This document shows positions 31,831 to 42,848 of a DNA stretch of 64,000 nucleotides, one piece after another. The stretch comes from Naegleria gruberi (taxonomy: Eukaryota), in NCBI GenBank assembly GCA_000004985.1, contig GG738846.1; one strand, given 5' to 3'. Below the pieces are notes generated by a model. That model was not told the origin of the DNA. It did no database searches and saw only the letters and a list, made by a program, of their open reading frames with translations. Each line of letters opens with the position of its first letter. The stretch's first letter is position 1. The position numbers and the translations under genes are program-made.

Positions 31831-33348
31831 ATGCTCGTTGACGATCACTCTTCTCCATCCGATCAAGAGAAGAATACCACCACAGATCAAGAAGAACAAC
31901 CACAACAACCACTGGTTATTAAAAAGATAGCCTGTATTGGTGCTGGTTATGTTGGTGGTCCTACAATGAGCGTTATTGCTACCAAGTGCCACGATATTCA
32001 AGTAATTATTTATGATATGAATCAACAACGTATTGATGCTTGGAATAGTGCCGAGTTGCCAATCTTTGAACCAGGCTTGGAAGAAATTGTCATGGAGAGA
32101 AGAGGAAAGAATTTGCACTTTACCACTGATTATCAACAAGTTGTTGATTCCGATGTTATATTTCTTTCAGTGAATACTCCAACAAAGTATTATGGTGTTG
32201 GTAAGGGAAGAGCAGCTGATTTGAAATATGTAGAATCTTGTGCAAGACAATTAAGGGATACTATTAAGAGTGGAAGAAAGATTATTGTGGAAAAATCAAC
32301 AGTACCTACTCGTACTTCTATTGCAGTGAAGAGAATTTTGGAAAGTGGTGAAAGCAAGGCTCGTTTTGATATCTTGTCCAATCCGGAATTTCTTGCAGAG
32401 GGTACTGCTATTAGTGATTTGCAAAATCCTGATAGAGTGTTGATTGGAGGTGAAGATGAAGAGTCCATTAGAGCTCTTTCATCTGTGTATGAAAGATGGG
32501 TTCCAAAGGAGAGAGTTATTACTACTAATTTGTGGTCAAGTGAATTGAGTAAGCTTGTCGCTAATTGCATGTTGGCTCAAAGAATCTCTTCAATGAATGC
32601 TATTTCTGCTCTCTGTGAAAAGACTGGTGCAGATATTCAACAAGTTTCCTTCGCAGTTGGAAAGGATACAAGAATTGGATCTAAATTCTTGCAAGCTAGT
32701 GTTGGATTTGGAGGAAGTTGTTTCCAAAAGGATATTTTGAATTTGGTCTATTTGGCTGATCATTACAATTTACCAGAAGTTGCCAAATATTTCTATGGAA
32801 TTATTGAAATTAACAATTTCCAAAGAGAAAGATTTGCTAAAAAGGTAATTCACAAATTGTTCAATACTGTCAGTGGTAAAAAGATTTGTGTTTTGGGATT
32901 TGCCTTCAAGAAGGACACTTCTGACACTCGTGAAACTTCAAGCATTTTTGTTTGCAAATCATTGTTGGAAGAACGTGCTAAAATTCACATCTATGATCCA
33001 AAAGTTACCAAGAAACAAATCATGTATGACATGAAGAGTATTATGAACGATTGCTATGATGGAGATTTCAGTGCCAAGATGGAATCATCCAGAGAAAGTG
33101 AACTTGTCGAATCGAACATTTTTGTGTCAACAGATCCATATGAAGCCATGTCTGATGCTCATGCTATTTTGGTTCTTACAGAATGGGATGAATTCAAGCA
33201 ATATGATTACAAACGAGTATTCGAAGGTATGAAGAAGCCAGCTTACTTGTTCGATGGTAGAAATATTTTGAACAGAAAAGATTTGGAAACTATTGGTTTT
33301 GATGTTTATCAAATCGGAAAACAAGAATCACATATGGCTGATTGGTAA
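31831..33348 (+). CDS. UGDH: UDP-glucose 6-dehydrogenase
   Basis: N-terminal NAD-binding Rossmann motif (IACIGAGYVGGPT), catalytic Cys region (GFGGSCFQKD) and near full-length collinearity with eukaryotic UGDH. The listed start at 31798 is TTG; the first ATG is MLVDDHS at 31831. Confidence 0.9.
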   Translation: MLVDDHSSPSDQEKNTTTDQEEQPQQPLVIKKIACIGAGYVGGPTMSVIATKCHDIQVIIYDMNQQRIDAWNSAELPIFEPGLEEIVMERRGKNLHFTTDYQQVVDSDVIFLSVNTPTKYYGVGKGRAADLKYVESCARQLRDTIKSGRKIIVEKSTVPTRTSIAVKRILESGESKARFDILSNPEFLAEGTAISDLQNPDRVLIGGEDEESIRALSSVYERWVPKERVITTNLWSSELSKLVANCMLAQRISSMNAISALCEKTGADIQQVSFAVGKDTRIGSKFLQASVGFGGSCFQKDILNLVYLADHYNLPEVAKYFYGIIEINNFQRERFAKKVIHKLFNTVSGKKICVLGFAFKKDTSDTRETSSIFVCKSLLEERAKIHIYDPKVTKKQIMYDMKSIMNDCYDGDFSAKMESSRESELVESNIFVSTDPYEAMSDAHAILVLTEWDEFKQYDYKRVFEGMKKPAYLFDGRNILNRKDLETIGFDVYQIGKQESHMADW

Positions 33349-33479
33349 ATTGGGTTTACTAGTAATAAATTAGTTATTATCGCACCAAATATTAATCCTA
33401 ATCATTAGCTTAATTGAAGAAATAATTTCTGAATCAGAGCTGTATACCTTAATACAAACTAAGGAATATTATATTCCAA

Positions 33480-33553
33480 GCAGCGATAGATCAGTTGGTT
33501 AGATCGTAAGCCTAACACGCTTAAGGTCGCGGGTTCAAGCCCCGCTCGCTGTA
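33480..33553 (+). tRNA. tRNA-Val (anticodon AAC)
   Basis: GCAGCGATAGATCAGTTGGTTAGATCGTAAGCCTAACACGCTTAAGGTCGCGGGTTCAAGCCCCGCTCGCTGTA folds as a cloverleaf. It has a 7-bp acceptor stem (one G-U pair), D-arm GATC/GATC, anticodon stem TAAGC/GCTTA with loop CT-AAC-AC, and T-arm GCGGG-TTCAAGC-CCCGC. Confidence 0.85.
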
Positions 33554-33800
33554 GCCTTTTGCTTGTCTTATCTTTATATACAGCCTTACTTTACTCCATC
33601 CTTTATTCATTTGCTGTAACCATTTGTCTCATGAAACAACATTATTTCCTTATGGTTATTTGCATTAAGCTGAATTTAGTTTTGATTAAATGTAATATGA
33701 TTGTAAATCAATTCATCAGCGAATGAACAGATGTCAACTTAAGAATATTCCATGTACTAAATTCAATATTAATTAACTAGGGAATTTATTTACAAATAAT

Positions 33801-34970
33801 TTAAATTTCTTCTTCGTCACTATCATCACTATCACTGTCATCAGAATCTTCATCAGCAGTAAATGGGAATCTCAGAATAGCAGCAATACCTGTCATATTA
33901 TTGAGCTGAACACCGGCAACGTGCATGGCAGAACACATAAAGACCTTACCATTGGTCTTTTCAACATTTTCACATAATCTCACAAATGCTGTTCTTTCCT
34001 TGAGACCACTAGATCTAAATAATTCATCAGTAATCAACAATGTGTCAATAGCATCATGCTCAGCAGCTTTCATGACATGTTTAGGACCATAGACAGCCTT
34101 ATTTGGATCATTAGCCAAGACAGTGTAAAATTCCTCCAAGGCCTTAACTTCCTTGACAGCCTTTGTATCAGCCAATCTCTTCATGACAGATTCATCTTGT
34201 AAGACTTCTTTCAATGAGTGCAAGTGTCCTGTATTGGAGTGAACACGAACAAATTTATCCTTGTGAGCCAGTAATTCCTTATTTTCCTTTTGTTGACATG
34301 TCTTGACCATATATTCAAAAAATTGTTCATTAGTAAAACCAGGAGAGGCCAACAAGACACATTTCACAATTTCAAAATCAAAATGTTGTTGAATACCTCT
34401 CATAATGGCCTCAAAGAATTTACCCAAATCATTTTCGTGAGCTTCAGCAGAATATCTCTTCTTTGAAATACTCTTTTCAACTTTTTGTTTTTCCAATGTC
34501 ATATGTTGAGAAATGATACAAATATGGGCCTTTCCTTCACTCATAATTACGGCACCCAAATCAGCATTCTTAGTCATGTCTGTAGCTTCTTCAATTCGAT
34601 CCAAAAATACTTGATCCCATCTTCCTTTAGAAATAGACAATTTTCTATTCAATTCCAAATCAAATGTGTGATATTGACCAAGTTTAATGTACTTGTTTTC
34701 AGAAATGTTTTTTCCTGAAACACGGAAAGATCCACCATTCGGATCAAAGTCAATCTTTTCTACGGCAATAGTTATTGTAATTTTGACTTTTTCATTGGAG
34801 ACGAGACCAGTGTTAGTTTCCTTTGAAACTTTACGAATGGTGGTTGCTCTCACTCTATCGTTGATAGCAATAATATGATACATGTGCCAGAAATCTTCAT
34901 CAATTTCCGGTATTAATTCAACGTAGCCTTCTCCGTCCTTTGCCGCAATATCTTTCTTTACTAATTTCAT
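33801..34970 (-). CDS. DOM34: Pelota / Dom34 (no-go decay and ribosome rescue factor)
   Basis: 389 aa. MKLVKKDIAAKDGEGYVELIPEIDEDFWHMYHIIAINDRVRATTIRKV... is collinear with eRF1-like Pelota. It has an acidic D/E/S C-terminal tail. Confidence 0.9.
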   Translation of the reverse strand: MKLVKKDIAAKDGEGYVELIPEIDEDFWHMYHIIAINDRVRATTIRKVSKETNTGLVSNEKVKITITIAVEKIDFDPNGGSFRVSGKNISENKYIKLGQYHTFDLELNRKLSISKGRWDQVFLDRIEEATDMTKNADLGAVIMSEGKAHICIISQHMTLEKQKVEKSISKKRYSAEAHENDLGKFFEAIMRGIQQHFDFEIVKCVLLASPGFTNEQFFEYMVKTCQQKENKELLAHKDKFVRVHSNTGHLHSLKEVLQDESVMKRLADTKAVKEVKALEEFYTVLANDPNKAVYGPKHVMKAAEHDAIDTLLITDELFRSSGLKERTAFVRLCENVEKTNGKVFMCSAMHVAGVQLNNMTGIAAILRFPFTADEDSDDSDSDDSDEEEI

Positions 34971-35251
34971 ATTGTTTGGTGATGATGATGATAATTTATA
35001 ATGTTATTTTATAATACTAAACGGTTTTAATGTTCTTGTTGATTGTGTGTAGATGCAATATTCTTAACTCCAAAACGTTCAAAATTCAATTCGAATTATG
35101 ATGAGAATAAAATTGTTCCTTGTTGCTGTGATGATATTTTTTAATATTTGAATTTAAATTTTTAAAAATAGAAAAAGTTTCAACTCAACTTTGAACTTTT
35201 TTCTATTTTAACTTTAGGACATGAATTAAACTCGTGTTATAAATAAGGAAT

Positions 35252-37475
35252 TTATTTAACAATTTCAATAATATTAGTTACTGGCATCAATCTGAATGAA
35301 GAGGAATTCATTGGGGATGGCCACACTGCTTCATTCTTTTGAAGATATCCTTGGAGGAATGATAATTTAGGTAATGCTTTGGTGAAGGTCGATAGAATTG
35401 GATTAGTAATCGAGGCGAGATAGGTTCTTTGGAATACCCTTTGGAGTGACCTAGATCTGTCTCCATAAACTGATGGTTGGTACCCCATTTTCTTTTCTGT
35501 ATCACCTTGAATAAAGAATTCCTCTTCCAAAAGTCCAGCCCATTTCAAATATTGATTTGTTTCTCTGAAAGTATACGAAATATCAGCTACCTTGACTACC
35601 ATTTGTAACATTAACCTCGAATCTTCTAGAGATGAAAAATCGGCCTCATCAGGATCATTACCAAGCTTGGTTCTAAATCTGTTCAAAGTGAAAGAGTGAC
35701 TGCTCATATCAGTAGCCAAAACAATCTGAATTATTGTTTCTCTTATATCCTGATATTGATCCTCAGAGAGGCCTTTGAATATATTATTTTCTTCAGAATA
35801 GAGTAGTTCAAAAGCTCCTGTAAGGTGGTGATTCTCTAGCACTGATCTGTTATTGTACAGTATTGATAAATAGCTATTAGTATTCATTTGGAAAGTGTTG
35901 TTGAAACCTGGATGATTAAAATCAAGTATTATGGCTGCTATTAAAGCTGCAAAAATTGACTCGTCCGATAACATGTATTCCAGGTCACTATTGTGGATAA
36001 AAAAGTTGACTGCTTGTAGAACCTCTACAGCTCTTCTTGAATTGTGGAAAGGATTGTTGTTATAACCAAACTCTACTTGATTTAAAAAATTGATTAGTGT
36101 TTGTTCTGGAATATCAAATTTTCTCATCAAATCATTTTCAAGGAAAATGTAGAAACCAACGGAAACCATTGGTTTTTCTGGAATCTCAAATACATCAAAC
36201 TCCCACAATGACATTTTCATCAGTGCAGATTTCAAATTAATTTGAGGATCCCAACTAGGTGTGTTCGATTTTGGTTGCTCCTTGTTTCTATTCCTGTAAG
36301 CTGTCTTTACAGTTTCCAATGTATCTTTCACTATTTCATACACCACGGTCTTCTTTTCAAGCTTACCACAAGTAAGCGCTCTCACAACACAATTAAATGC
36401 ATCGACATCGAGGTAAGAAATTTGTTTTTCCTTGATAAGGCTCTTCTTTTTGGAAAGTAGTTTAGAAATGGCCTCAAGTACTGTCATTGGTGTTTCAATG
36501 ACTGGTAATGGCTTTCTACCAATCACTGGTTTCAAAACGAGAACTGGGGTTGGAGGTGGAAGGGAATGATGTGATTTCTTGGATTCTAACATTGAAATTT
36601 GGGAGGATGAAATGATGAGAGGAGGTGGTTCATCAACTCTAAAATAAAGAATGATCAGAAGAATTGAGTAAATAGAGGACAAACTTACGCCATTGAGACA
36701 TCCTTCACTGGCATAACCACAGTGACAGGAGTTGGGGATGGTATCTTTTTCTTTTCATCTTCTTCGTAACATTTTTTACAATATTCAAGGAAGGCCAATT
36801 TCTCCTCTAATTTTTTACATCTTTTTTCCAACTTTCTTAATTCATCATGTTCAGATTCCTCAAAATTATTAAAATAAAAGTCTGCCAATGGAACCAAAAA
36901 TGATTCAAATACTTTCTCATAAAAAGTATCCATAAGTGGTTTCATCCTAAATCCTAGCTCAGTTCTTATTTTGTTGATGTTCAGTTCGACCATTAATTTT
37001 CCATTCTGTTGTGTTTCATCCAAGGTGAAATTAACTTTCTTTTTCTCAATGGCCTTTTGGAATGCTCGGAAAATCTTGACCATCGATACTTTTCCAACTT
37101 TGACTTTAACACTCAATATTTTCCTCTTTATAATATTCTCAGTTAGAGAAATTCGAGCATACTCCACAAACTTACCAAATCCTCAAATTCATAACAATTT
37201 ACAATCTTCTCAAAACAAACTTCTCCATCAACAGCAATAACAACAAGATCCTTTTCCCTCTTAATACATGAAATATAAAAATCGGTAGTATTATTTTCCT
37301 TGTCCGTAAATCGACAGAATCCAAACATTAAATCCAAGCCATTCAACTCTTCCTCAAATACTATCGGAACCTTAGCATCATAAACAACTTCCTTAGGAGC
37401 TTCCGCTGGCTTACTTGCATCAAGTGGTTTTGCCTCCTTCGGTTCTTTTGATGTAACAACGCCCATATTTTTCAA
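35252..37475 (-). CDS. 3',5'-cyclic-nucleotide phosphodiesterase-like protein. It has three exons, a C-terminal PDEase_I-type catalytic domain with non-canonical metal-site residues, and an N-terminal domain of unknown type.
   Basis: Exons 37475..37176, 37125..36689 and 36638..35252 (2124 nt = 708 codons). Both introns are 50 nt with GTAAGT donors; intron 1 has a CTAAC branch 20 nt upstream of its AAG acceptor. They join ORF-track pieces 37143..37475, 36685..37167 (listed start is GTG) and 35252..36682 in frame. The catalytic-domain blocks FHNSRRAVEV, ALIAAIILDFNHPGFNNTF and ATDMSSH correspond to YHNxxHAxDV, HDxxHxGxxNxF and ATDMSKH. Confidence 0.8.
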
Positions 37476-37776
37476 TCAATGATGATGTGTCTGCTGTCCT
37501 CAACTTCCTCAATAAATTACTTTTCAATGAGTACACTTTAACTGACAACAGTTGGTGCGTGATTTTTTTTAGATTTGAAAAAACGAAAGAAATGTACGGT
37601 TTTGGCGGGAAGCTTCATTCTTTGAACTTTGTTGAAAACATAAAGATCAAGTTCAGCCAATGGACCAATGATGTGAATGAAAATGAAACCTTTTTATCCA
37701 AACATATTCAATCCAAAAACCATTCAGAATTATATTGAAATAATAATTGATAAGCTGGTTGACAATTTTCAAAAAA

Positions 37777-38322
37777 ATGTCTGTTGGAAATCTTTTTCGA
37801 TTATCGGCTCCAAGCAATAGTAGCAGCAATGATGGAGAGAATAGTGTGATCGGAGTGGAATTTTATGTGGAATCTAATAGTGAAAATATTTCTGTTAATA
37901 ATTATCTCGTTATAGGAAAAGGAGATGATTCAATTGATGAAAAACAATTTTACACCATCAATGGTGATGGAATTTCACATAAACATGTATGTGTTCTATT
38001 GAGTAGTGTTTGTTGTGTTTACACATAATTGGAATTCTTTGTGAATTTTGTGTTATTAGTGTTCGATAATTTATGACAATTCTAGGGATGTATATATTTT
38101 AGTAAATCACAGCAAGGTAAGTGTGTGATGACATTCAAAAGATCTGATTAATGGAACTGTTTATATCCTTCAATATTTGGAAACAACAGAATGGAACATG
38201 GGCTAAAGGAGGACTTCAGAAAGTACAATTTGAACCATACCAACTAGGAGATGAAGAAAATATATTTTTATGTAGAAAGAATGTAAGAAGTGGATTTCTC
38301 TTTAAAAGAACAAGACAATAAT
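37777..38322 (+). CDS. Possible small protein (~113 aa) in two exons. Low confidence.
   Basis: Exon 1 is about 37777..38001 (MSVGNLFRLSAPSNSSSNDGENSVIGVEFYVESNSENISVNNYLVIGKGDDSIDEKQFYTINGDGISHKH), followed by a canonical GTATGT donor. An acceptor ...AACAACAG at about 38199 opens an in-frame exon NGTWAKGGLQKVQFEPYQLGDEENIFLCRKNVRSGFLFKRTRQ*. This is a beta-rich, PH/lipocalin-like guess only. Confidence 0.3.
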
Positions 38323-38557
38323 CATTGTTTTAAATAAAACCACTAGATTTGCCCTGTTTAATTGACCTTGATAATTAAATATGATCAATGTGTTTTTACA
38401 TTGAAAAGTTTATTTAAAGTTCCTCAACAATATCCAATTAATAGTGAATTATATTGAGCTAGTCTACACTAAAATTATTTACAAATTCGAAAAATAATTA
38501 GAAGGGGATATATACATGAAACTGGTGGGAATGTAGGCTAGGTACTATTACAAAAGC

Positions 38558-39442
38558 TTAGTAATTGAGAATGCGGGAGGTTGGTGGAGAAAAACTTAAA
38601 AGACCCATTTCAGCTCCAAAATATCCATCCTCTACTTTAGAATGGCAGGAGCTTCTATGGTATTCGACTTCATCTGGAAAACGGCCATTGTCCTTAGGTC
38701 TTGTTCTCAATTCAATAAGGAATGAAATGTCTTCCTGAGTAACAAAGTTTCTTCTCTTTCGTTGATCGTTTCGTAAAGAGTGAAAATCTTCATCGTCATA
38801 ACCAAAAGTACTTGGTACACTTCTTGGTTGGTCTTGTTCATCATACGAGTCCTCAAGGATGACATCATCAGTAAAGTTTAACTCATCATCGATGAGTAAA
38901 GACTCGTTAATATCTAGTTCAATTGTTGGTGGTGAAAATGTACGTGTTGGAAAAGGTGAGTGGGAAATAAAAGGGGAGAATGGAGAAATTGGAAGATCAT
39001 ATGGCTTTTCTTCTTGCTTGTTATCAGCTGGTTGTGGAGATTGTGGAAGTGAATCATCTCTTGATGCTGATAAAGGATGAGAAAAAAGAATTTTGTGAAG
39101 TTCTTCGTTGGCTAATCTTTCTGGTGTTCCAGATATGATGTTTGGTGAAGAACCATTTTCAACAATATTCTTAAATTGTCCTCCTAAAACATCAACAGGC
39201 GATGTTGGAGAAGTATCAAGAGAAGGAGATGAAAAGTTGGATTTTGGAGGATTGGTTTTCAAATTGCTAGAAGGTTTACAGAATGCCGGTGATGCTTTAA
39301 CAGGTTTTGGTGTAATAATTTGTTTTGGTCCAACAGAATTATTATTAGTCGCATAGGATGACAATAACCGTGTAGTATTTGTCAGACAAGGAGATGAATT
39401 ATAATGATGAAGACTCCTTTGTAAATAATTAGAAGACGACAT
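38558..39442 (-). CDS. S/P-rich, probably intrinsically disordered protein
   Basis: 294 aa ATG-initiated ORF rich in SP/TP dipeptides (possible proline-directed kinase sites), with an acidic stretch. No domain recognised. Confidence 0.45.
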   Translation of the reverse strand: MSSSNYLQRSLHHYNSSPCLTNTTRLLSSYATNNNSVGPKQIITPKPVKASPAFCKPSSNLKTNPPKSNFSSPSLDTSPTSPVDVLGGQFKNIVENGSSPNIISGTPERLANEELHKILFSHPLSASRDDSLPQSPQPADNKQEEKPYDLPISPFSPFISHSPFPTRTFSPPTIELDINESLLIDDELNFTDDVILEDSYDEQDQPRSVPSTFGYDDEDFHSLRNDQRKRRNFVTQEDISFLIELRTRPKDNGRFPDEVEYHRSSCHSKVEDGYFGAEMGLLSFSPPTSRILNY

Positions 39443-41040
39443 GGTACAAAATTTCCAATCGGTTGTGTTGGGTTAAAGAATACAATATCTACAAAATGAC
39501 AATAAACCTATTGTTGTGAGGAGTTGTGAGGTTGTGTGTGTAGTATCTAACTACTGGTACTATAGTACAAGGTATTGTTGTTTGTCCAATATATATTTGA
39601 TAGGCGCAATTCTCGCCACTCTATATTATCTGAATGAACAACAACAATAATTTAAACCAGAGTTTTCCACCAAGTGTAACGGTGCAGATTTTTTTGGATC
39701 CGAAGAATAAAATTAGACTCGTCAGGTGCAGGGAAAAATAAGCGCGAAACAATTTGCCAATTTTTAATTCAACGTCGCCTTCCAAAAAACGTTTTTCTTC
39801 TTTTCGCGTGTAGCACAACTAGGTGATGATCTGAAGATCAAAATGATGAATGAATGTGCACGTTAATTTAGATGCAATATTGATTGGGAAAGAAGAAAAC
39901 AACAAGGGTTAGGCTAGAGTTTCTTTTTTAAACTATTTTCGGGTTGAGTTATTTTCCTAGGACAGAGATCTCCCTTCATTGTCAATTAAAACAATAACAA
40001 ACTTTCAACCCTTGTTGTTTAGTGCATCATTGAGGAGGATTCTCTCTATTGAACAATAGTATGGGTTATGAGAGATTCAACTAAGGCACAATAACACCTT
40101 TTAAACACTTATTGTTACTCAATTATGTTAGACAACCAGTAAACAATTCAAAGAGATATTGGGTCCTTAATTACAATCAACATAAAAAGATGTTAACTGT
40201 GAATTACGACAAAAAATGCAAAATCAACCAACATTCGTATTTATTTGGAAAGTCGTTTTTGGTGATTCTTAGTTCCCTTAACGGAAGGCAAATAATTCTT
40301 ACCAAATGCATAAATTGGCGGATCAACAAGCAAGTTCATTTACTTGTTGACGCGCAGCTATATATGGAGCCAATTATTGTAATAAGCTGTAGTAATATAT
40401 TCAATTTAATCGTACTGTAATTCAATCATTTTTGAATCTTAAAATTTCACATTGTATAAATTGTACAAATGTAACAAAATGAACCACTTATTAGAATCAT
40501 TTCAATTGGTTCATTGAAGAGTTATCAGATAATGGTTGTCGACAAGTAGTAGTGGTTGGACGGGTATGACACCTTGAGGATGCTTATGGTAATTGGGAGT
40601 TTTGATATTATTCATTTATATTTATACTGGATGGATTTCTATGGATTGATCAAACGTTTTATAGTAGCATTGCCTGATCTGAACCTTGTTGTAATGATAA
40701 AGAAACTCATTTGACCTTTTTTGTTGTTGTATGAAATTTTTACAATATTTATTACAAAATTAGTTTCCTAAACAGTTCAATCAACATTTCATGGATTATC
40801 TCTGGGAGATTGGAAACTCAGTTGTTTATGATAAAGTTCAATTAGGCCTATGTATCAAGTTCAATTTCATATATATTTGATAGTATCCATTCAACAATAA
40901 TTTGCTTCAAGGATAGAGAATAACAAATTCTGTATGAAAGTCAACCAAATATCAATTTTAAATTTTCAGAAGTAAAGAAAATCAATTTCACAACTTGAAA
41001 ACAAAATATTAAAATTGAATTTTAAAATTTCCAAAAAAAA

Positions 41041-42258
41041 ATGATAAATCATCAAATTGCAACCTCATCAATCATTAAACAATTAATTACGAAAAATTCC
41101 AAGTCATCTATTAATCTCCTCTTCAAGAATGGTAAAATAGTTACGGATTTTGATGTTTCCACCAATTCTACAGATTTTTTGAAACAATTTCCGAGAGGAG
41201 CCTACACGGCAATGAGAACTTTGCATCGACACTCGGTTTTTCAATTAAAGTTTCATGTCCATCGTTTGATTTATACAACCATGAAGATGATCAATGATGA
41301 ACATTTGGAAATTAATACAAATTCACCAAAATCCGAATCACTAATTGAAGAATGTTCCATAGGAATGTATCCATTATCTTTGTTGTCAAGTGTAGAGAAA
41401 TCGAATAACAATGAAAAACATGAATTGTTTTTGGAAGAAGTTGTTAAAACTCTTGGACAAAGTATTGCGGAATATTCAATCAATGTTGATGATGAACATC
41501 CAAATGAATGTGATCAATTATCAGTGGAAGAATTAAAAGTGACTCTCTTACTCGTTTGGTATCATCAAAGAAAGAGCTCATCTGAAATTTCTACATCCTT
41601 TGATCTCTATTCACACATTACAAAGCTGGGTGAGAGACCTTCCAAACCAGTCTTTGTAGATATAGTTCCAGGAAGTAGATGCCATCTTGGAAATGCAAAG
41701 GATAGTATTTGGATTACTGAAAGAAACTCAATGTTAAATAAGAAAACTCAATCATCCAATGAAGTGTTAATGTGTGAAGAGAGTGGAATTGTCAGAGAGG
41801 GAACTAGCTCTAATTTCTTTATTATTAACAGGGATGGAAAGGTTGTCACTGCTAGAGATGGAATTTTATTTGGAAGTGTTCGAGGATTGTTAATTCCAAC
41901 TCAAGATCAAGCTCAATCCATTCTCAAAAATTCCACAGAAGAAGAATCATGTGAAACAGTTCTTAAAAGTAGTGAATACACAGAAGATAATCCAACCATT
42001 AGAGATTTATTAAATTGGAAGGAGGCATTCATAACCAGTACCTCTCGTCTCGTTCTTCCAATCAAGACCATTAATATTGCCAAGGAGTGTATCGATAACA
42101 TATTGACAAGAGAAGAGATTGAACAAGTGAAACCACATCTCAAAGAGCTCAATTCTTACTATTATTCATACGAACTTGAAAGTGTAGATCAATGTATTCA
42201 TCTTAATCAATTACTTGTAAATAAGATGCAATCAATGAGCATTCGTGTGGTTAACTAA
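41041..42258 (+). CDS. Aminotransferase class IV fold protein, 4-amino-4-deoxychorismate lyase (Abz2/PabC)-like
   Basis: 405 aa. FPRGAYTAMRTL..F.L.FHVHRL resembles the class-IV N-terminal block (GxGxFTT.R...G..F.L..HL.RL). EGTSSNFFIINRDGKVVTARDGILFGSVRG resembles the C-terminal block (E.T.SNxF.V..G.l.TP....ILpGitR). Confidence 0.65.
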   Translation: MINHQIATSSIIKQLITKNSKSSINLLFKNGKIVTDFDVSTNSTDFLKQFPRGAYTAMRTLHRHSVFQLKFHVHRLIYTTMKMINDEHLEINTNSPKSESLIEECSIGMYPLSLLSSVEKSNNNEKHELFLEEVVKTLGQSIAEYSINVDDEHPNECDQLSVEELKVTLLLVWYHQRKSSSEISTSFDLYSHITKLGERPSKPVFVDIVPGSRCHLGNAKDSIWITERNSMLNKKTQSSNEVLMCEESGIVREGTSSNFFIINRDGKVVTARDGILFGSVRGLLIPTQDQAQSILKNSTEEESCETVLKSSEYTEDNPTIRDLLNWKEAFITSTSRLVLPIKTINIAKECIDNILTREEIEQVKPHLKELNSYYYSYELESVDQCIHLNQLLVNKMQSMSIRVVN

Positions 42259-42420
42259 TCTGTAATAAAAGCCTCAACAGCTTGTTTTAGCGAGTATAGC
42301 TTTTATCTGAAGATTAAAATATGAAATATTGGGGGATTTTCAAAATATTCATCTCAATAATACTTATTATTATTTATTCAATTATTTTCAATCAATTAAT
42401 TTTCTAATTTTAATAAAAAA

Positions 42421-42636
42421 ATGGAACAACGAACACAAATTAATGGCGTCACTCAAATTTGTGATGCAACAGCTGTTCGGGAATGTTTCAAACAAAATCC
42501 AACCAATAGACAAGAAAAATGTAAAGATGTAATTGAACAATTTAAAATTGCTTGTGAAGAAAAAGCAAAGGAATTTAGGGATAGAATTGATAACAGTCCA
42601 ACAGAAAAGAATTCTTGTGGAGATTACAAAGTGTAA
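42421..42636 (+). CDS. Possible small Cys-containing helical protein (CHCH-like?). Low confidence.
   Basis: 71-aa ATG ORF with a good start context (AAAAATGG). Four Cys are arranged C-x7-C ... C-x10-C within predicted helices (ICDATAVRECF ... KCKDVIEQFKIAC). It could be chance. Confidence 0.25.
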   Translation: MEQRTQINGVTQICDATAVRECFKQNPTNRQEKCKDVIEQFKIACEEKAKEFRDRIDNSPTEKNSCGDYKV

Positions 42637-42848
42637 TCATCATCTATGGAAAAATCAACGAGTGTGGATAAAAATTAGTAATATAATACCAATAATAATA
42701 ATAATTAATAATATATTAATTTCAAAAAAAGATAACATTAAACTGAAAAAACTCCGATAAAGTAGAACATTATATTCGGAATCTATAATAAATAACACGC
42801 AATTAATAGCAGCTCAATCCAAGAAAATAATCAAAACAAATTGCAATA

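Noticed and set aside
37125-37175. Alternative 38-nt intron (acceptor CTGAG) in the PDE gene
   Set aside because: It is too short, and the CTAAC branch would sit 3 nt from the acceptor. The 50-nt version ending ATAAAG places the branch 20 nt upstream and also keeps frame.
37487-37738. ORF 37487..37738 (+) immediately upstream of the PDE-like gene start
   Set aside because: It starts 12 nt from the divergent gene's ATG. There is no room for a promoter and no motif. It is probably spurious, though an exon of the downstream small gene cannot be excluded.
38060-38075. A 14-nt segment TAAATCACAGCAAG flanked by a perfect acceptor (TTTTAG) and a perfect GTAAGT donor: a tempting micro-exon in the small gene at 37.8-38.3 kb
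   Set aside because: It contains TAA in the only usable phase, and 14 nt would break the frame. The model skipping it (donor GTATGT at about 38002 to acceptor AACAACAG at about 38199) keeps frame.
39800-39880. Possible box C/D snoRNA (two TGATGA boxes and a CTGA)
   Set aside because: The CTGA sits 1 nt after the first C-box, and there is no terminal D box or terminal stem. The spacing is incompatible with a C/D snoRNA. It is possibly just AT-rich noise.
40112-40420. ORF 40112..40420 (+) and ORF 39621..39818 (-) in the 1.6-kb intergenic region
   Set aside because: Low-complexity, with no start context, motifs or partner exons. They are probably chance ORFs in a promoter or intergenic region.
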